Notes under the pieces: model-generated
What the model was told of the DNA's origin: nothing
What the model saw: only the letters and a program-made list of their open reading frames with translations
Databases searched by the model: none
Translations under genes and position numbers: made by a program
Source: Rhina ancylostomus
Taxonomy: Eukaryota
DNA length: 64,000 nt
Direction of reading: 5' to 3'
Assembly (NCBI GenBank): GCA_030265395.1
Contig: JARFYF010000052.1
Span: 78,378,941-78,442,940 of the forward strand
Shown: positions 37,372 through 50,984 of the stretch, one piece after another
How positions within the stretch are numbered: position 1 is the stretch's first letter
Layout of the letters: every line of letters begins with the position of its first letter

Positions 37372-38867
37372 TGGATGTAGTTGAACCTCCGGTGAGTGGA
37401 CTGCTGCGGCAGTGCTTTGGTGTGTCGCTGCACCTTGGCTGTTTGGCACTGCACACACATTTTGACCCACTCTCTGACCTGTTTGCAGAGCCCGAGCCAC
37501 ACGAACCTACTGGAGACCATCCGGATGGTTGTCCCGATGGATGCGTGCGCCAGGCCATGTATGGAGTCGAAAACTCACCTCCACCTGGCTGCCAGGACAA
37601 TGGGGCGAGGTTGGCCGGTAGCTATGTCGCAGAGGAGGGTCCTCCCGCCTGGGCCCACTAGGAACTCTTGCAGCTGCAACCTTGAGACTGCGGTCCTGTA
37701 GCTGGACAACTCATCATCTGCCTGCTGTGCCTCCACTAGTGCTGCGTAGTCCACCCCCTGGGACAGGGCCTGCATAGCTGGTCTGGGGAGTGCAACTGCT
37801 GCCACATTGTTCTTTCCTGAGACATGCTGGACGTAGGACAGACGCCGCTGCTGCCGAGCCGACCAGGGATCGGACACCTTCATGAATGCAAAGGTCAATG
37901 GTTTGTGGTCCATGAATGTGATGGACGGCCTGCCCTCGAAAACGTACCTGAAGTGCCGGATTGCCAGGTAGAGTGCCAACAGCTCCTGGTCGAAAGCACT
38001 ATACTTGAGTTCAGGCTGCCGCAGGTGCTTGCTGAAGAATGCTAGGGGTTGCCAGTGCCCCTCGATGAGTTGTTCCAGCACCCGCTGACTGCCGTGTTGG
38101 ACGCGTCCACTGTGACGGCGGTTGGAATGTCCGTTCTGGGGTGCACCAGCATCGCGGCATTTGCCAAGGCTTCTCTGGCCTTAACGAAAGCAGCCTCAGC
38201 GTCTTCATCCCAAGTAATGTCCTTCCCCTTACCCAACATCAGAATGAACAAAGGGCGCATGACCTGCGCTGCCGAGGGGAGGAAACGGCGGTGGAAGTTG
38301 ACCATACCCATGAATTCCTGCAAGCCTTTGACTGTGGTGGGGCGGGTGAAGTGGAGGACTGCAACTCCCCTTGGCGGGCAGGGGAGTTGCCCCGTCTTTG
38401 GCGATTCTCTGGCCCAGGAAGTTGATGGTATCGAGCCCAAACTGGCATTTGGCCGGGTTGATGGTGAGGCCAAAGTCACTCAAGTGGGAGTAGAGCAGTT
38501 GGAGATGGGACAGGAGTTCCTGGCGGTTGCAGCTGGCAATGAGGATGTCGTCCAAGTAGATGAACGCGAAGTCCAGGTTGTGTCCTATGGCATCCATCAG
38601 CCACTGGAACGTCTGTGCTTCATTCTTCAGGCCAAAAGGCATCTGGAGGAACTCGAACAGGCCGAACGGGATGACGACCACTGTACTGGGGACGTCTCCA
38701 GGGTGTACCGGGATTTGATGGTTTCCTCGGACGATACCATGTTTTGGGGAACTGGCCCACATCACATCCGACAGAGGCGCCCAGTTACTTTTGCACCACA
38801 CACCACACAACCACCTACCACCCACAGTCGAACAGGCTGGTGGAACGCTTCCACCGCCACTTGAAGT
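37372..38867 (-). mobile_element. pol: Gypsy/Ty3 LTR retrotransposon pol remnant (RT-RNase H-integrase start), GC-rich and relatively young
   Basis: 'PFGLFEFLQMPFGLKNEAQTFQ', 'FIYLDDILIAS', 'TVDASNTAV', 'WQPLAFFSKHL...YSAFDQELLA...DHKPL'; inverted integrase piece 'HHTTTYHPQSNRLVERFHRHLK' on + at ~38790-38867. Confidence 0.92.
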
Positions 38868-38967
38868 NNNNNNNNNNNNNNNNNNNNNNNNNNNNNNNNN
38901 NNNNNNNNNNNNNNNNNNNNNNNNNNNNNNNNNNNNNNNNNNNNNNNNNNNNNNNNNNNNNNNNNNN

Positions 38968-39239
38968 AAAAGTTGGTGAGTGTCAAAGGGGACGTGCCAA
39001 ATTTCTTTAGCCTCCTTAGGAAGTAGAGGCACTGGTGAGCTTTCTTTGTTGTGGCATCCATGTGGTTGGACCAGGACAGGCTATTGGTGACATTCACTCC
39101 AAGGAACTTGAAGATCTCAACCCTCTTGACCTCAGCACCACTGATGTAAACAGGTGCATGTACACCACCCCCTTTGCTGAAGTCAATGACCAGCTCTTTC
39201 GTTTTGTTGACATTGAGGGAAAGGTTGTTGTCATGACAC
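38968..39239 (-). mobile_element. Rex1/Babar-like LINE fragment
   Basis: 'NNLSLNVNKTKELVIDF...FKFLGVNVTNSLSWSNH...LYFLRRLKKFG'. Confidence 0.85.
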
Positions 39240-39547
39240 TGTAGCGATGTAGTACACACCAAGCTAAGAATGAAACACGCAGTCGGAGATCTGAGCTCGA
39301 GACTGATTTATTTTAAACTTCCCGCGCTGGCTTTTTAAACCAGTTACAGATCTCACCCCCTCTGGACGGAAGTGATGCCCGCAGTACGTCACTAAACTGT
39401 TCCCACCTGCAGGCTTTCTCTCCTCTTTGTTGGAGAAGAAGGCCCAGTGCCATTTTGCGGCCCAGCGCCATTTTGCGGCCAGACTTCTCACCAACGCGCA
39501 CCCTATTCTCGGAGCTGGTTCGTTTGACCTGAAGGTAGGTCGCTACA
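39240..39547 (-). mobile_element. LTR, family 3 (possibly belonging to the adjacent Gypsy)
   Basis: 8-bp inverted termini TGTAGCGA/TCGCTACA; minus-strand TATA-like TTTAAAA and AATAAA; CpG-rich; no TSD seen. Confidence 0.7.
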
Positions 39548-40964
39548 TGATAATGACTGATGCTGTCACCAAGCTTCCCCACCTCCTACAATTGCAGTAA
39601 GTCATCTTTACTTGTGACTTGTGTACACAAGTTCCTTGGAATATTAACCAATTCCTCCACTTAAAAATCATCTGCTTTTGAGCCCTAGACTGGATAACTT
39701 CACATTTTTCTACATTTATATTGCAGCTGCAATGTTCTTGTTGGCCCTCACTTTGCTTGTCCATATACCCTTGAAGCCTCTACATTCCTGACTCGCAATC
39801 CCACCTAGTTTTATGTAATTAAATTTGGAAAAAGAGCCCTTGGTCACTTGGCTTAATCATTAATGCAGATTAATGGCTGCCCCGTTCTCTTTTCTTCCGT
39901 ACCCCACGAGCCATAGCCCCTTGGTCTGAGATGACAACTTGTATGAAATCTGCACAGACATTCTTCAGAATGCATGCAATTTTGATGTACAGGTATGTTT
40001 GAAGACATTGTGATTATCTCCTGCAGTTGAGTCAGATGTTTTAAATAGCTTGCATTAAGTATAATGTTGCACAGTTGCTCCTTGAACCTGAAAACTGAAT
40101 CAGTGGTTTTGCGGTCATGGTGAATTACTTTGCTCTTAAGTAAAATGTGAGTAATAGAATGGATGTAAAACTTGAACACTAATTTAAAATTGAAGTGTAG
40201 TAAATTAACTATATGAAGAAAAAAGGCAATTCCTTCCCTGTCCAGAGCTGCTGTTGCAAGTCACAGAAGAAAAAAGCATTAACATGTCTTCAGTTTATTG
40301 GAAAGCAGTGCTTGCATTGGTACAACCTGCACCTGGCATTCTAAAGTCTCTAGGTAATTGTAATGCAACCTACAAGAAATCTTCATTGTGTAGGCAAGTT
40401 TTCTGTGGCTTTGTCTTGAGCTAAGTAGCTTTGGGATTAAAAGATATAATCCTGCAGTGGCGTTTACAACCTGCTGGAAGGGTCAATTCATGTTTGGATT
40501 CGAGGCCTATATCTCTGCTATGGATGAACCTGGTCTGCTAGGTGAACATTAGATTTAAATCAATTTATTGAAATTGAATTGGTGCTTTCGTATACTTGAT
40601 GGCAAATGTTTCTCTAAATTTTGCAAACAGAGGCAGTTGCTTTTGGACTCCTGCTGTCAGAACTTTCTACTGTCCAGCAGCTGGACAATTAGCAAATCAA
40701 CTTTTAGACAGCAAACACATTGATTAAGTTAGATTAAAATTCCTTGTGAAAGATCCATGCAAGGAAATTACGTACTTGTCCCCATGCAAGGAAATTACGT
40801 ACTTGTAATTCTATTGCTGCCTAATTGCAACAAATAGTTCTCCTACATTAGTAACAGAACACCTTTGCTCTCATCTATCTAGGTGTGCACTTGTTAATCA
40901 GTAATTTTGAAATTTTTGTTTACATTTAACAAGCTGTTTTTTGAAGGCAAATTGCAAATGAATT

Positions 40965-42205
40965 ATAGAACATAGAACAGTACAACACAGGAACTGGCTC
41001 ATTGGCCCACAATGTCTGCACAAGACGTATTGCCAAATTAAACTAAATCTCTTCTGCCTGCATATGATCCATATCACTCCATTCCCTGCATATTCAAGAG
41101 TCTATCTTAAGCACTCTCAAATATCACTATCAGATCTGCTTCCACCACTACCCCTGGCAGCCTGTTCCAGGCCCCTACTACTCTGAGTCAAAAAAGAACT
41201 TGCCCTGCACACCTCCTTTTAACTTTCCTCCTCTCACCTTAAGTGGATCTCCTTTAGTATTTGCTGTTTCTACTGTGTGTGTTTTGTGGAGGTGGGGGGG
41301 AAGATTCTGACTGTCTGCCCCATCTATGCCTCTCATTATTTTTATAAACTTCTATCAGGCCTCCCCTTGGCCTCTGATGTTCCAGAGAAAAACAACCCAA
41401 GTTTGTCCAGCCTGTCCTTGGAGCTCATTCCCTCTAATCCAGGTGGCATCTTGGCAAACCTCTTTTGCATCCCTTCCAAAGCATCCATGGGACAACCAGA
41501 ACTGCACACATACTCCAAATGTGTCCTAACCAAAGTTTTATATAGCTGCAATATGACTTTCTTGATCTTATACTTAAAGCCCTGACTAATGAAGCTGACT
41601 AATGAAAGTAAGCATGCCATTCACCCTATCTACTTGCATGANNNNNNNNNNNNNNNNNNNNNNNNNNCTCTATATATCAATGCTGTTAAGGTCCTGCTAT
41701 TAACTGTATAATTTCCCCTTGCATTTGACATCCATAAAGTGCAACAACCCACACTTGCTCAGATTAAATTCCATCTGCCATTTCTGCACCCATACCTGTA
41801 ACCGATCTGTAAACTTTGATAGCTCTCTACACTATCCACAACTCTACCAATCTTTGTCATCTGCAAACTTACTAACCTACTCATATATATTTTCATTGAA
41901 GTCATTAATATCAGAGGTCCCAGTACCAATTCTTGCAGAACACAACTGGTCACAGACCTCCAGTCTGAAAAACACCATGCCACCACTATCCCCTGTCTTC
42001 TATGGGCAACCCAATGCTCAGTCCAAACTATCAAGTTGCCATGGATACCATGCATCTTAATCTTCTGGATCAGCCTACCATGAGGGACTTTATTGAATGC
42101 CTTAAAGTACATTTAAAAAACATCCACTGCCCTACCCTGATCAATCACCTCCTCAAAAAACTCAATTTGTAATATGTGACCTGCCCTGCATAAAGCTATG
42201 CTGAC
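40965..42205 (-). mobile_element. CR1 LINE 3' portion inserted in EVE copy D
   Basis: 'FKAFNKVPHGRLIQK', 'LQLYKTLVRTHLEY'; 'tagaacatagaaca' tail at the left end. Confidence 0.88.
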
Positions 42206-42844
42206 AGCATTACTGATGCCATAAGAAGTCATCTACAATCTCAACTTGGTTCAACTAGTTGCATTTTGAGGCAATTATTGCAAGATTCTTTTGCATAATG
42301 GAGGAACCAACACTAGCATTTATTTCTCAAGGAAATAATCCACTAGAAGACTATACCACTCGAGATTCCCCTTGGAAATGAGGAAACTAAGGAGTCTAGA
42401 TACAAGATTAAATATACCAGATAAGTACTGTATACCACAACTGTATATGTGCATTTGACTTGTTTACTATAAATGTCTGGTGATAGTGAATTTGAAGTCA
42501 TTCTCACCAGCATGATCAAAACTGCTGAAATTAGTGATATTTGAAATGAGGATCATGTACTAATCTCCCTGGATAGAATTCTTAGTTATATTATCACAAT
42601 GTACCTAAAATTCTGATTGCAATATTTCCAGATTTATTGTAAGAATTGGAAAAGATGTACAAATGTTTGCTTATACAACATTAGTCAGTTAAGCTTAATG
42701 TTTTGGTTCCTTTTCAATTTGTCATTTGTTTTCAAACCATTTGCATTGATTTTATCGGGAATTGCATGAGTAGATTCAGAAATAACCTTATTCCAAGAAG
42801 ATTGTGATGTGAGACTGTCTTAAATGACCGTATAAATGAAAACG

Positions 42845-43395
42845 TCCTATTCGGGGCATTGAATATACGATTTGGGACATCATGTTGCAGTTGTACAAGA
42901 CATTCATGAGACTGCACTTGGAGTATTATGTACAGTTTCAGTTACCCTGTTATAGAAAGGACACTAAACTGGAAAGAGTGCAGAGAAGATTTACAAGGAT
43001 GCTGCCATGGCTTGAGGGCCTGAGTTAAAGCGAGAGATTGGGCAGATTAGGACTTTACTTCTTGGAATACAGGAGATTGAGGGGTGCCCTATAGAGTGTA
43101 TAAAATCATGAGGGGTATAGATAGGGTGAATGCATATAGCCTTTTTCCTAGGGAAGGGGAACTAAAAACGAGAAGTCATGGGTTTAAGTGAGGTAAAAGG
43201 GATCTGAGGGGTAACTTCTCCACACAGAGGTTAGGAGATGTATGGAATGAGCTGCCAGAGAAAATGGTTGAGGCATGTACAATAACATTTAAAAGACAGT
43301 TAGTTAAGTACTGTATATGGATTGGAGTGGTTTAGGGGGATATGGAACTAACTTCATGGGTACCATAGTTGGCATGGATGAGTGGGGCTGAATTA
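42845..43395 (+). mobile_element. CR1 LINE 3' fragment
   Basis: 'ttgcagttgtacaagacatt...cacttggagtatt', 'gtgcagagaagatttacaaggatg' and a CR1-like 3' end. Confidence 0.85.
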
Positions 43396-44523
43396 CTCTG
43401 ATTTGTTTTAGAAACTGCTTTCAGTCCCTCAAATCAACAAAATTCTTTCTGGCACTGTTTCCAGAGAAGTGCATACTCCTGTGTTCCAACAATTCACAAT
43501 ACTCAAGGCTCACAAACTGGCAGAATTCCTCTAGTTTTTCTACATGTAAATGCAAAAACAATGTTTATGTATGAACTTCTGCAGCTAAACAGTTAATTGG
43601 AGGGCAGCCAGTTGCTGTTTACATACAATTGCAAACAATGTATATGTTGCAACCAATATCATCATGCCTCCCTTCCTTGCTTTGAGCTGCAATGTTTGCC
43701 ATACATTTTTTCTAGCTCATTTATCATATATTTCTAATAGTACTTACTACACAATTTCCAACAAGTTTTCTTGATCAGTTGATGAAGAAATTGACATTGC
43801 AAGTCATGTTTTATGCTTGGGAGAGAAGTAAACCTTTTTTTGTTGGAAGGAAATAACACAACTACTGTACAAAGATGCCAAAACAAAGCTTTGGTCCAGT
43901 ATCGAGGGGACCAAGATGATTGGAGAGCAGGCTCTGCACCATAAGTAGTAGTGGGCACACATGTTGATGCCACCAGGACATAAAAACACAAATACAGATC
44001 CCCTTCAGATGCCTCATCAAAGAGCTTCCTTCCATCAATAAGTCAGATGTGGTGATATTCACTGACTGCACAATGTTCAATACCATTCAAGCATAACTCA
44101 GCAAATGAACTACCCCATGGTAAAACCTAAACATCATTTAGCCATGGGCTGATAAATGGCAGGTAACACTCATGCCATGCAAGGACCATGCATTGACTAT
44201 CTAACACAGGAGAGAGGCTAACTGTCTGCCTTGACATAGCTCCATAGATACTATGACCACAAGAAACAGATCAGACACTGGATGTCCTGCAGCAAATGAC
44301 TCTCCTCCTGATCATCCAAAGTCATTCCACTGTCTCTAAGGCAGAAATCAGGCGCATAATGGAATATTGTGGCCTAAATTTGAGAGTCCAATTAAAAATA
44401 GGACATAGGGTCACTTGATACATGATGATAATGATAACTAATTTCCTGCTGTGTGTTGCACACCATTGGAAGCAATGGAACTGCCTTTCTCCAAATGTTA
44501 ATATGTTTAATGAACAGAGCACT

Positions 44524-44876
44524 TGTCATGGTTCTGAGTTCTGGCCCTCAGTTTGGCTCCATTAGTGCCTTGTCGTCCAGCACATGGATTCCATGCTGGA
44601 CTGCTTAGATAACAATACACACCTGAGCCCCATCAGGGGCCTAGCATAAGAACCTGTGTTTCTCTGGCACTAGTTGCCAGANNNNNNNNNNNNNNNNNNN
44701 NNNNNNNNNNNNNNNNNNNNNNNNNNNNNNNNNNNNNNNNNNNNNNNNNNNNNNNNNNNNNNNNNNNNNNNNNNNNNNNNNTGTGTTTGTCCTGAGGAAG
44801 TATCCTGACTCCAGTCTTGTATAGGTGTGCTGCATTTGGGTTCTCTGTGAGTTTGCTCCAGATCAACATTGTGACA
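44524..44876. mobile_element. Solo LTR, family 1, with perfect 5-bp TSD
   Basis: TGTCA...TGACA flanked by GCACT at 44519-44523 and 44877-44881. Confidence 0.9.
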
Positions 44877-45879
44877 GCACTGTGAAGGTGTATCCTGGAT
44901 TTTCTTTACCAAACATATTTCTTTGAAATAAAATGGCACAGTGTACATAATGGTGTGCCACATGATAGAATTTCTAGGTTTTAGAGTGGGCCCTACACTT
45001 CATTTGTTTACCTCAGTCTCCTTATTGATGAGTAAAGTGCCTTTGGTTTTCTTTGATTTAATTTTCTGATTGTTTTCATTGTCTCACTTTGTTACCCTAG
45101 ATTTCTTTTCCCTTCCTCTACTGCAGACACTGCAGAAATGAGCTCAGTGTTTGATGTAAGTTTTGTTTTGCCTCTCTGACTTTATGTGCTTCTTGACATC
45201 CAGGAACCCATCATTAACCCTTCCTATAAGGCTGAACCAGGATCCATAATCAGGTCACTTTCAGATTGAAGGTTGAGAAAAGTTTGCCTTTGATTAATGA
45301 GTTATTAATACAAAGAATTTAAGATGGATTCCAAAGGAATAAATAGAAATAAGAAAAGGAGTTCACAAATTATTGTATGCTTGCCAGTTAATGAGTCAAG
45401 TTATCAGTTGCTTTGGCTGTCCAGACTGGAGATGGTCTGATGGACTCCACCTGATGGTCTGAGCTGCAAGTGACTGTTCCGCTATATCCCCATCTATCTG
45501 GAATGAAACAATGATTAACTTGATCTCTCGTTCAGCATATCTTATTCACTGCTTGTAATGTGGTCTCTTCTGCAGTGGAGAGATTGAATACAGATTGCGC
45601 AATCAATTTGCAGAACACGTTTGCTCCCAACTATGGCCCTGAGCTTTTGGTTGCTTATCGCTTTAATTCTCCACCCTATTCCATACTAACCTCTTCAAGC
45701 TTTGGCTTCGAGTTTTCCAATAAAGCTCAAGGAACTGCATGTCATGTTTAATTTGCACTTTACACCCTGGTCCTGATACTGAGTTTAGCAATTTCAAAAT
45801 ATCATTCTGTTATTTCCACCCTTGTTACCAACATGCTTATTATGTTTGCTTCTTTACTTATTCCAGTACTATTTGCTTT

Positions 45880-46070
45880 TAATTTTTTAAAAATTTTATT
45901 TACAGTGTGGTAACAGGGCCTTCTGGCCCAATGAGTCCACACTGCCCATTTTAAACCCCAAATTAACTTACCTGTATGTCTTTGGAATGTGGGAGGAAAC
46001 CGAAACACCCGGAGGAAACCCACGCAGACGCAGAAGAACGTACAAGCTCCTTACAGACAGCGGCAAGAAT
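45880..46070 (-). mobile_element. tRNA-derived SINE (5'-truncated)
   Basis: Reverse complement of the 17085-17338 element. Confidence 0.85.
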
Positions 46071-49000
46071 TCCCTTGTATTATTATCCCTCCCTCTCTAC
46101 AATCATGAACTTCCCTTTTATTCTTTCCTCTCCTCNNNNNNNNNNNNNNNNNNNNNNNNNNNNNNNNNNNNNNNNNNNNNNNNNNNNNNNNNNNNNNNNN
46201 NNNNNNNNNNNNNNNNNNNNNNNNNNNNNNNNNNNCCCTCCCTCTCTACAATCATGAACTGCCCTTTTATTCTTTCCTCTCCTCCCCCATTTCCCTGCCT
46301 AGTAAAAAAATAACTTTCTCAATACTGGTGAAAGACTTGAAATGTTAGTTGTTTCTTTCTCCAATGATGCTGCTTGATATGGCAGGTAATTCTAGTACTA
46401 ACTGTTGTCTTGGTGGGGGTTCCATCATCTTTGATATCTTGCTTTTATTGTTGCTCAATAACTATTTCTGCTGGGGTTAATAGTGAATTATAGACGAAGG
46501 GCTAAACACAAGAAGGGCACACAAGATATCAGCAAATAATGAACCTGGTCTTCCTTGTACATTGCACTTGCTGAAATCACACCTAACACAATGAGAATCT
46601 GTAAAGCAAAATGATTCACATCAGATACAAATCAGAACCTATATCAGAAAAAGATAAATGTGTCAAAATGTCCATCAAAGTGGGATTTCATTGGAATAGA
46701 GCCAATGAAAATCTTCAGTCACATTGTGTTAACTGATGAAGTTCTATTCAACAGTGGTCTCAATTTTAAACAACACAACTTTTTAAAATCCTCCAAGAAC
46801 TCATTTCTCCGTGTTCCTGTAGCCTACTCTCACCTACAAGCCTTTGGGATCTTTACAGTTCTCGAACTATGGCCTGTTGTTTTTCCCCAATTTTATTTGC
46901 TCCCCCATTGGTGACCATGCCTGAGGATGCCTAGCCCCTAAGCTTTGGAATTATCTCTCTAAATGTCTCCTTGTTTAAGATGCTCCTTAAGACCCATTCC
47001 TGTGCCCAAATTAACGCTTATCTGCCCTTGTATTTCCATTTGTGGCTGCAAGCTGAATTTTGTTTGTTAGCATACAGGCATGCTGCCATGAAGTGTTTTG
47101 TTGCATTAAAACTATGATATCAATACAAGTTGCTGCTGCAGTTCAGCTTGAAGCAAATTGTTATGAGAAAGTCCATAGCAAATATTCTTTTGTTGTATCA
47201 TCATGTGGCTTTGCAAATGTATTCATGCAGTTGACAGAATATAAGCTAGAATTGACAGTCTTTCTGTTATAAATGTTATCCAGCTTCATTTTCACAATAA
47301 TGTATCAGCTGTGCTTGTACAAAGTGTGATATCTACAATTGTTAAGTCTCATAGAATGCACTATATGGTTAAAAATGTTTTTATTTTTCACCATGTAATA
47401 TACAGTGATCTCCAGTTTTTTATTATATTCAATTATTCCTCCATTATCTGTTCTTGATTTTTCTTTCTGATGTGAATATTAACAACGGAGAAGCATCGCA
47501 TGCTGTAATCATGTAAAGGTTATGTACTTTTCTCTTGGAAGTTTAGCAAATTTTGAAGATAACAGTAGACACGAGCTGTTTACAACCAACCGGCACCAAT
47601 TTCTTGTCAGAAAAATGGATGACCAGCAGGTGCGAATCTGTGAGGAGAGACATATATTTCGAATACCTTTGACAAGCAAAGCTCACTGGATGTCACAAGT
47701 GGAGCCAGTGCAGAGCAGGAATTGGGGTGGAGGTGTGAGGAAGTGGAATGGTCATCCTATTAGGCTAGGTAGACCCTAAAGTCAGATTGGTGGTACCTAC
47801 ACAACTGCTAAAAGTCTCTCTCTCAACCTACATCGCTGTGTGCACGAGCTCCTTTCTTGAGAAATTCTCAACCTTGCCCCTGAAATGAGTGACTAATAAG
47901 ACTATTATTGTAGCAGTGAATCCCTGAAATAAAATTCACCCCTCCCCTGCTGACAAGAGAATATCTCCCACAACATTTAATGCACAACCTGGGTGTGACT
48001 GGAGGGTGAAGACTGTCCATCTGAGATAGATAAAAAGATGTTGAATAGTACAAATCAGCATTCAATGTGGGTTGTAGGATTCTGATTGCAACATTCGCAT
48101 TAAAATAATTAAAACTTGTGCTATGCAGAGTGCTTCCCATCGTAGGTGATGCATAACCAAACCATTGAATGTTTTGGGAAATGCTGGGGACTGCATAAAA
48201 ATTGGCTGAGAAAATTTTCAGTTCATCCATTTTTGAAAAGAACAATTGTTTCTGGCACGTAATAAATGTTCAAGTTCACAAACACTTTGGCACAAATGGG
48301 CCCAGATAAAAGCTCTGATCCTTTTGGGTCCCTCTCATCTGCTGGTTAATATTTCCCTGACACAGAACACACCCTCTTGATGCAAAAATACTCAAATGAG
48401 TTTTGAATCTGTATTTACATCAAGTTACATGGCAGAACAGGAATCAAACCACTTAATCTTTTGCGTGAACACTGAGTTTTGTACCCATATCTCAAAGAAG
48501 TTAAGACAAATATATTTATTTTAATTACTTAACAGTGAACATGTGAAACAGGCTTCCCATGGAAACTAATAGTAATGGTAAATGCAAGGGAAAAAATATA
48601 GAATTGTACAGACCATATGAAGGAAATATATCACACCTCTCTTCTTTCCTCAAGGCTTTGAAATATCTTTAAATATACATCCAATTCTAGGCTGAAAGTT
48701 GTTGCTGAATTTGTTAACCAAAACTTTTTAGGAAGTACATTCCAAACCAGAATAACTTGTAGATCTTAAAGAACCTTCATTTCCACCAATGATATTTTAG
48801 CCATTTGTCTTAAATCTATGCCCTCTGTTTAACAAATTTCCTATCAGTGGAACAACTTTTATTTTCTCTGTAAAACCTACTCACGGTTTAAAAACATCAC
48901 ATTTAAAACACCCATTAACATTTCCAAAGCTAGGAGAACAATTGCATCTTCACCAGTGTCTCCACATCATTCAGAGCCCTCATCCCTGGAACCATCTTCA

Positions 49001-50984
49001 AGGGAGTAATTGAGCAGTGTTTACCTTTGATACCAAGCAAATACAGTTTTCTCTAGTTGTGTCCCCTATCAATTCCTATATTGGTGCTCTTTGTATCTGT
49101 TATTTTGTCAATTCCTTTTGTATAGCCACAATGGTGTCTACGATATGATATGGATGTAGAGGAGATGAAATAGTTATTTGAGGATGCTCAAAAGCCAAGT
49201 TTTATGATCCAGTCTTCAAGCCAAGTTAAGTTATCAATGTGAAATGTTAACTGTTCTTCCTTTCACAGATGCTGTCTCACCTGCTCAGTACCTCCAGCAC
49301 TTTTTTTTCTTTCAAATTTCTAGCCTCAGCTGTTTTTTTCTGCTTTGAGACTAGAATTCACTTGATGGGAGCTTCACAATACAAAACTCAGATGTAATAC
49401 TGATTTTTCTACAGAAAACAAAAGAATATATCCAATTATGTTCATCTATTAGCATATGGCACACTTCATTTATTAATATTATCACAATTATGAGCTTTGT
49501 TTTCATTATCAGAATGGTATGATGACAATTATGGAGTATTTTCAATGATAGTAATTATGGAGAGCACAAAGGTTTGAAAGCAACTGAATGATCATCATGC
49601 ATTCATCACAAATATTTTGCTCTTGGTGAATTAACATACAAGGATAAATATTCCTTCAGTATTCAACAAACTTGATGTTGTTGTTTGTGCTAGGTGATTG
49701 TTTTATTCTATTTTGTTTAAGACATATGTGCAGCATGATATACTGAATCATTGGAACAGATAACTTAAGACATACTTCAGAGAGACACTTCAAAGAAGGC
49801 TGCTAAAGTCTGCCCAGACTGTGTATAAATGTCTGAAAGTTCAATGAACTACATGTCATGCAGTTTTAGCAGCATTTTATGAGGTGTTTGGGTTAGATTT
49901 TTCTTAGTATCCTGAGCAGCGTTGTTACTCATCCCATTAACTTGCCAGAAACAGAAAAAAAATTGCTGCAGACAACTGCATTTAAACAAAGTCAACCAAC
50001 AACAGCTGGAAACATTTGAAATTCATCACAAACAAAGCACCTTACAGTTCTCTTGTAACTGTCAACCAGAATATTATCCAGATTTTTATATCTTGATTTG
50101 CAAACTATTTATTGAGTACGACATAAATAAGTTCAAGGTGTCACATTGCCTCTTAACTTTATTGTTTTACCCAATAGGACTGAAATAAAAGACAAGACAA
50201 CTGATCACTTGTAACAGCAAATGAGCAAATTCATAAGTCTCATCTATTTGGTTAAGGAAAGGAAATGAACCTTTAAAGTGTGCAGCAGTTGTAACTATTT
50301 ACTCTGCAGGAGGTCATGAACCATGTAATGGAACTTTCCTGTTTAATCTTTTGTACTGGGTCAGTTAAATGCTGCACTTCAAACCAACAGCTGTCAAGAT
50401 ATCTTTAAAACACAATTCTTCTATCTTTCTTTCCAATCACTCATGTTAAGGGCTATAATTATGGCTACTATGATCAATTTATTTTTATAGACATGCAAAG
50501 AGTAACAGTGCATTCAAACATCATGTATCAAAATTTTACAAACAATATATTCATATTGCAGAGTGCTTAATTATAAAAGTTGTTGAAGTAATCTGACACC
50601 AATGTTTTTGATCAAACTATCCCAGTGAGATTGTGAGGTAAACCAAACTAATTATTTTAATAAAATAAAACAATCAATATTTTTCAAACGTACAAGTGTT
50701 TTTCAAATCTTACAAGTGTTTGTGTTTATTTTTTCAACATTTTATAACAAATGAAAATAGCTTGACTGGGCAAACAGTTACTTGGCTGTAAGGATGTTGA
50801 TATTAGGATGAGTGGTGATCTTATTTCTTGGGACTCTATTAATATGTTTCAATATTTCCATGTCCTCCCTTTCTCTTTTACCTTCCATCATCATTAACCT
50901 TGAGGAATTCTGCTCACGGTATCTGTATTCACTGAATAATGGAGGAAATCAAATAGCAAATTCTGTTGCATAGTCTTATGCTGA

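Larger units (their letters stand above)
39925..43545 (-). pseudogene. EVE copy D, fragmented (39925-40960, 42205-42845, 43400-43545)
   Basis: Blocks homologous to copies A and C, e.g. ORF 39853-40179 'PVHQNCMHSEE' and 'actgatgccataagaagtcatctacaatc' at ~42212. Confidence 0.65.

Noticed and set aside
46075-46290. Direct repeat flanking an N-gap
   Set aside because: Likely a contig-overlap artefact
47522-47779. 85-aa ORF in unique sequence
   Set aside because: No recognisable motif or convincing splice structure
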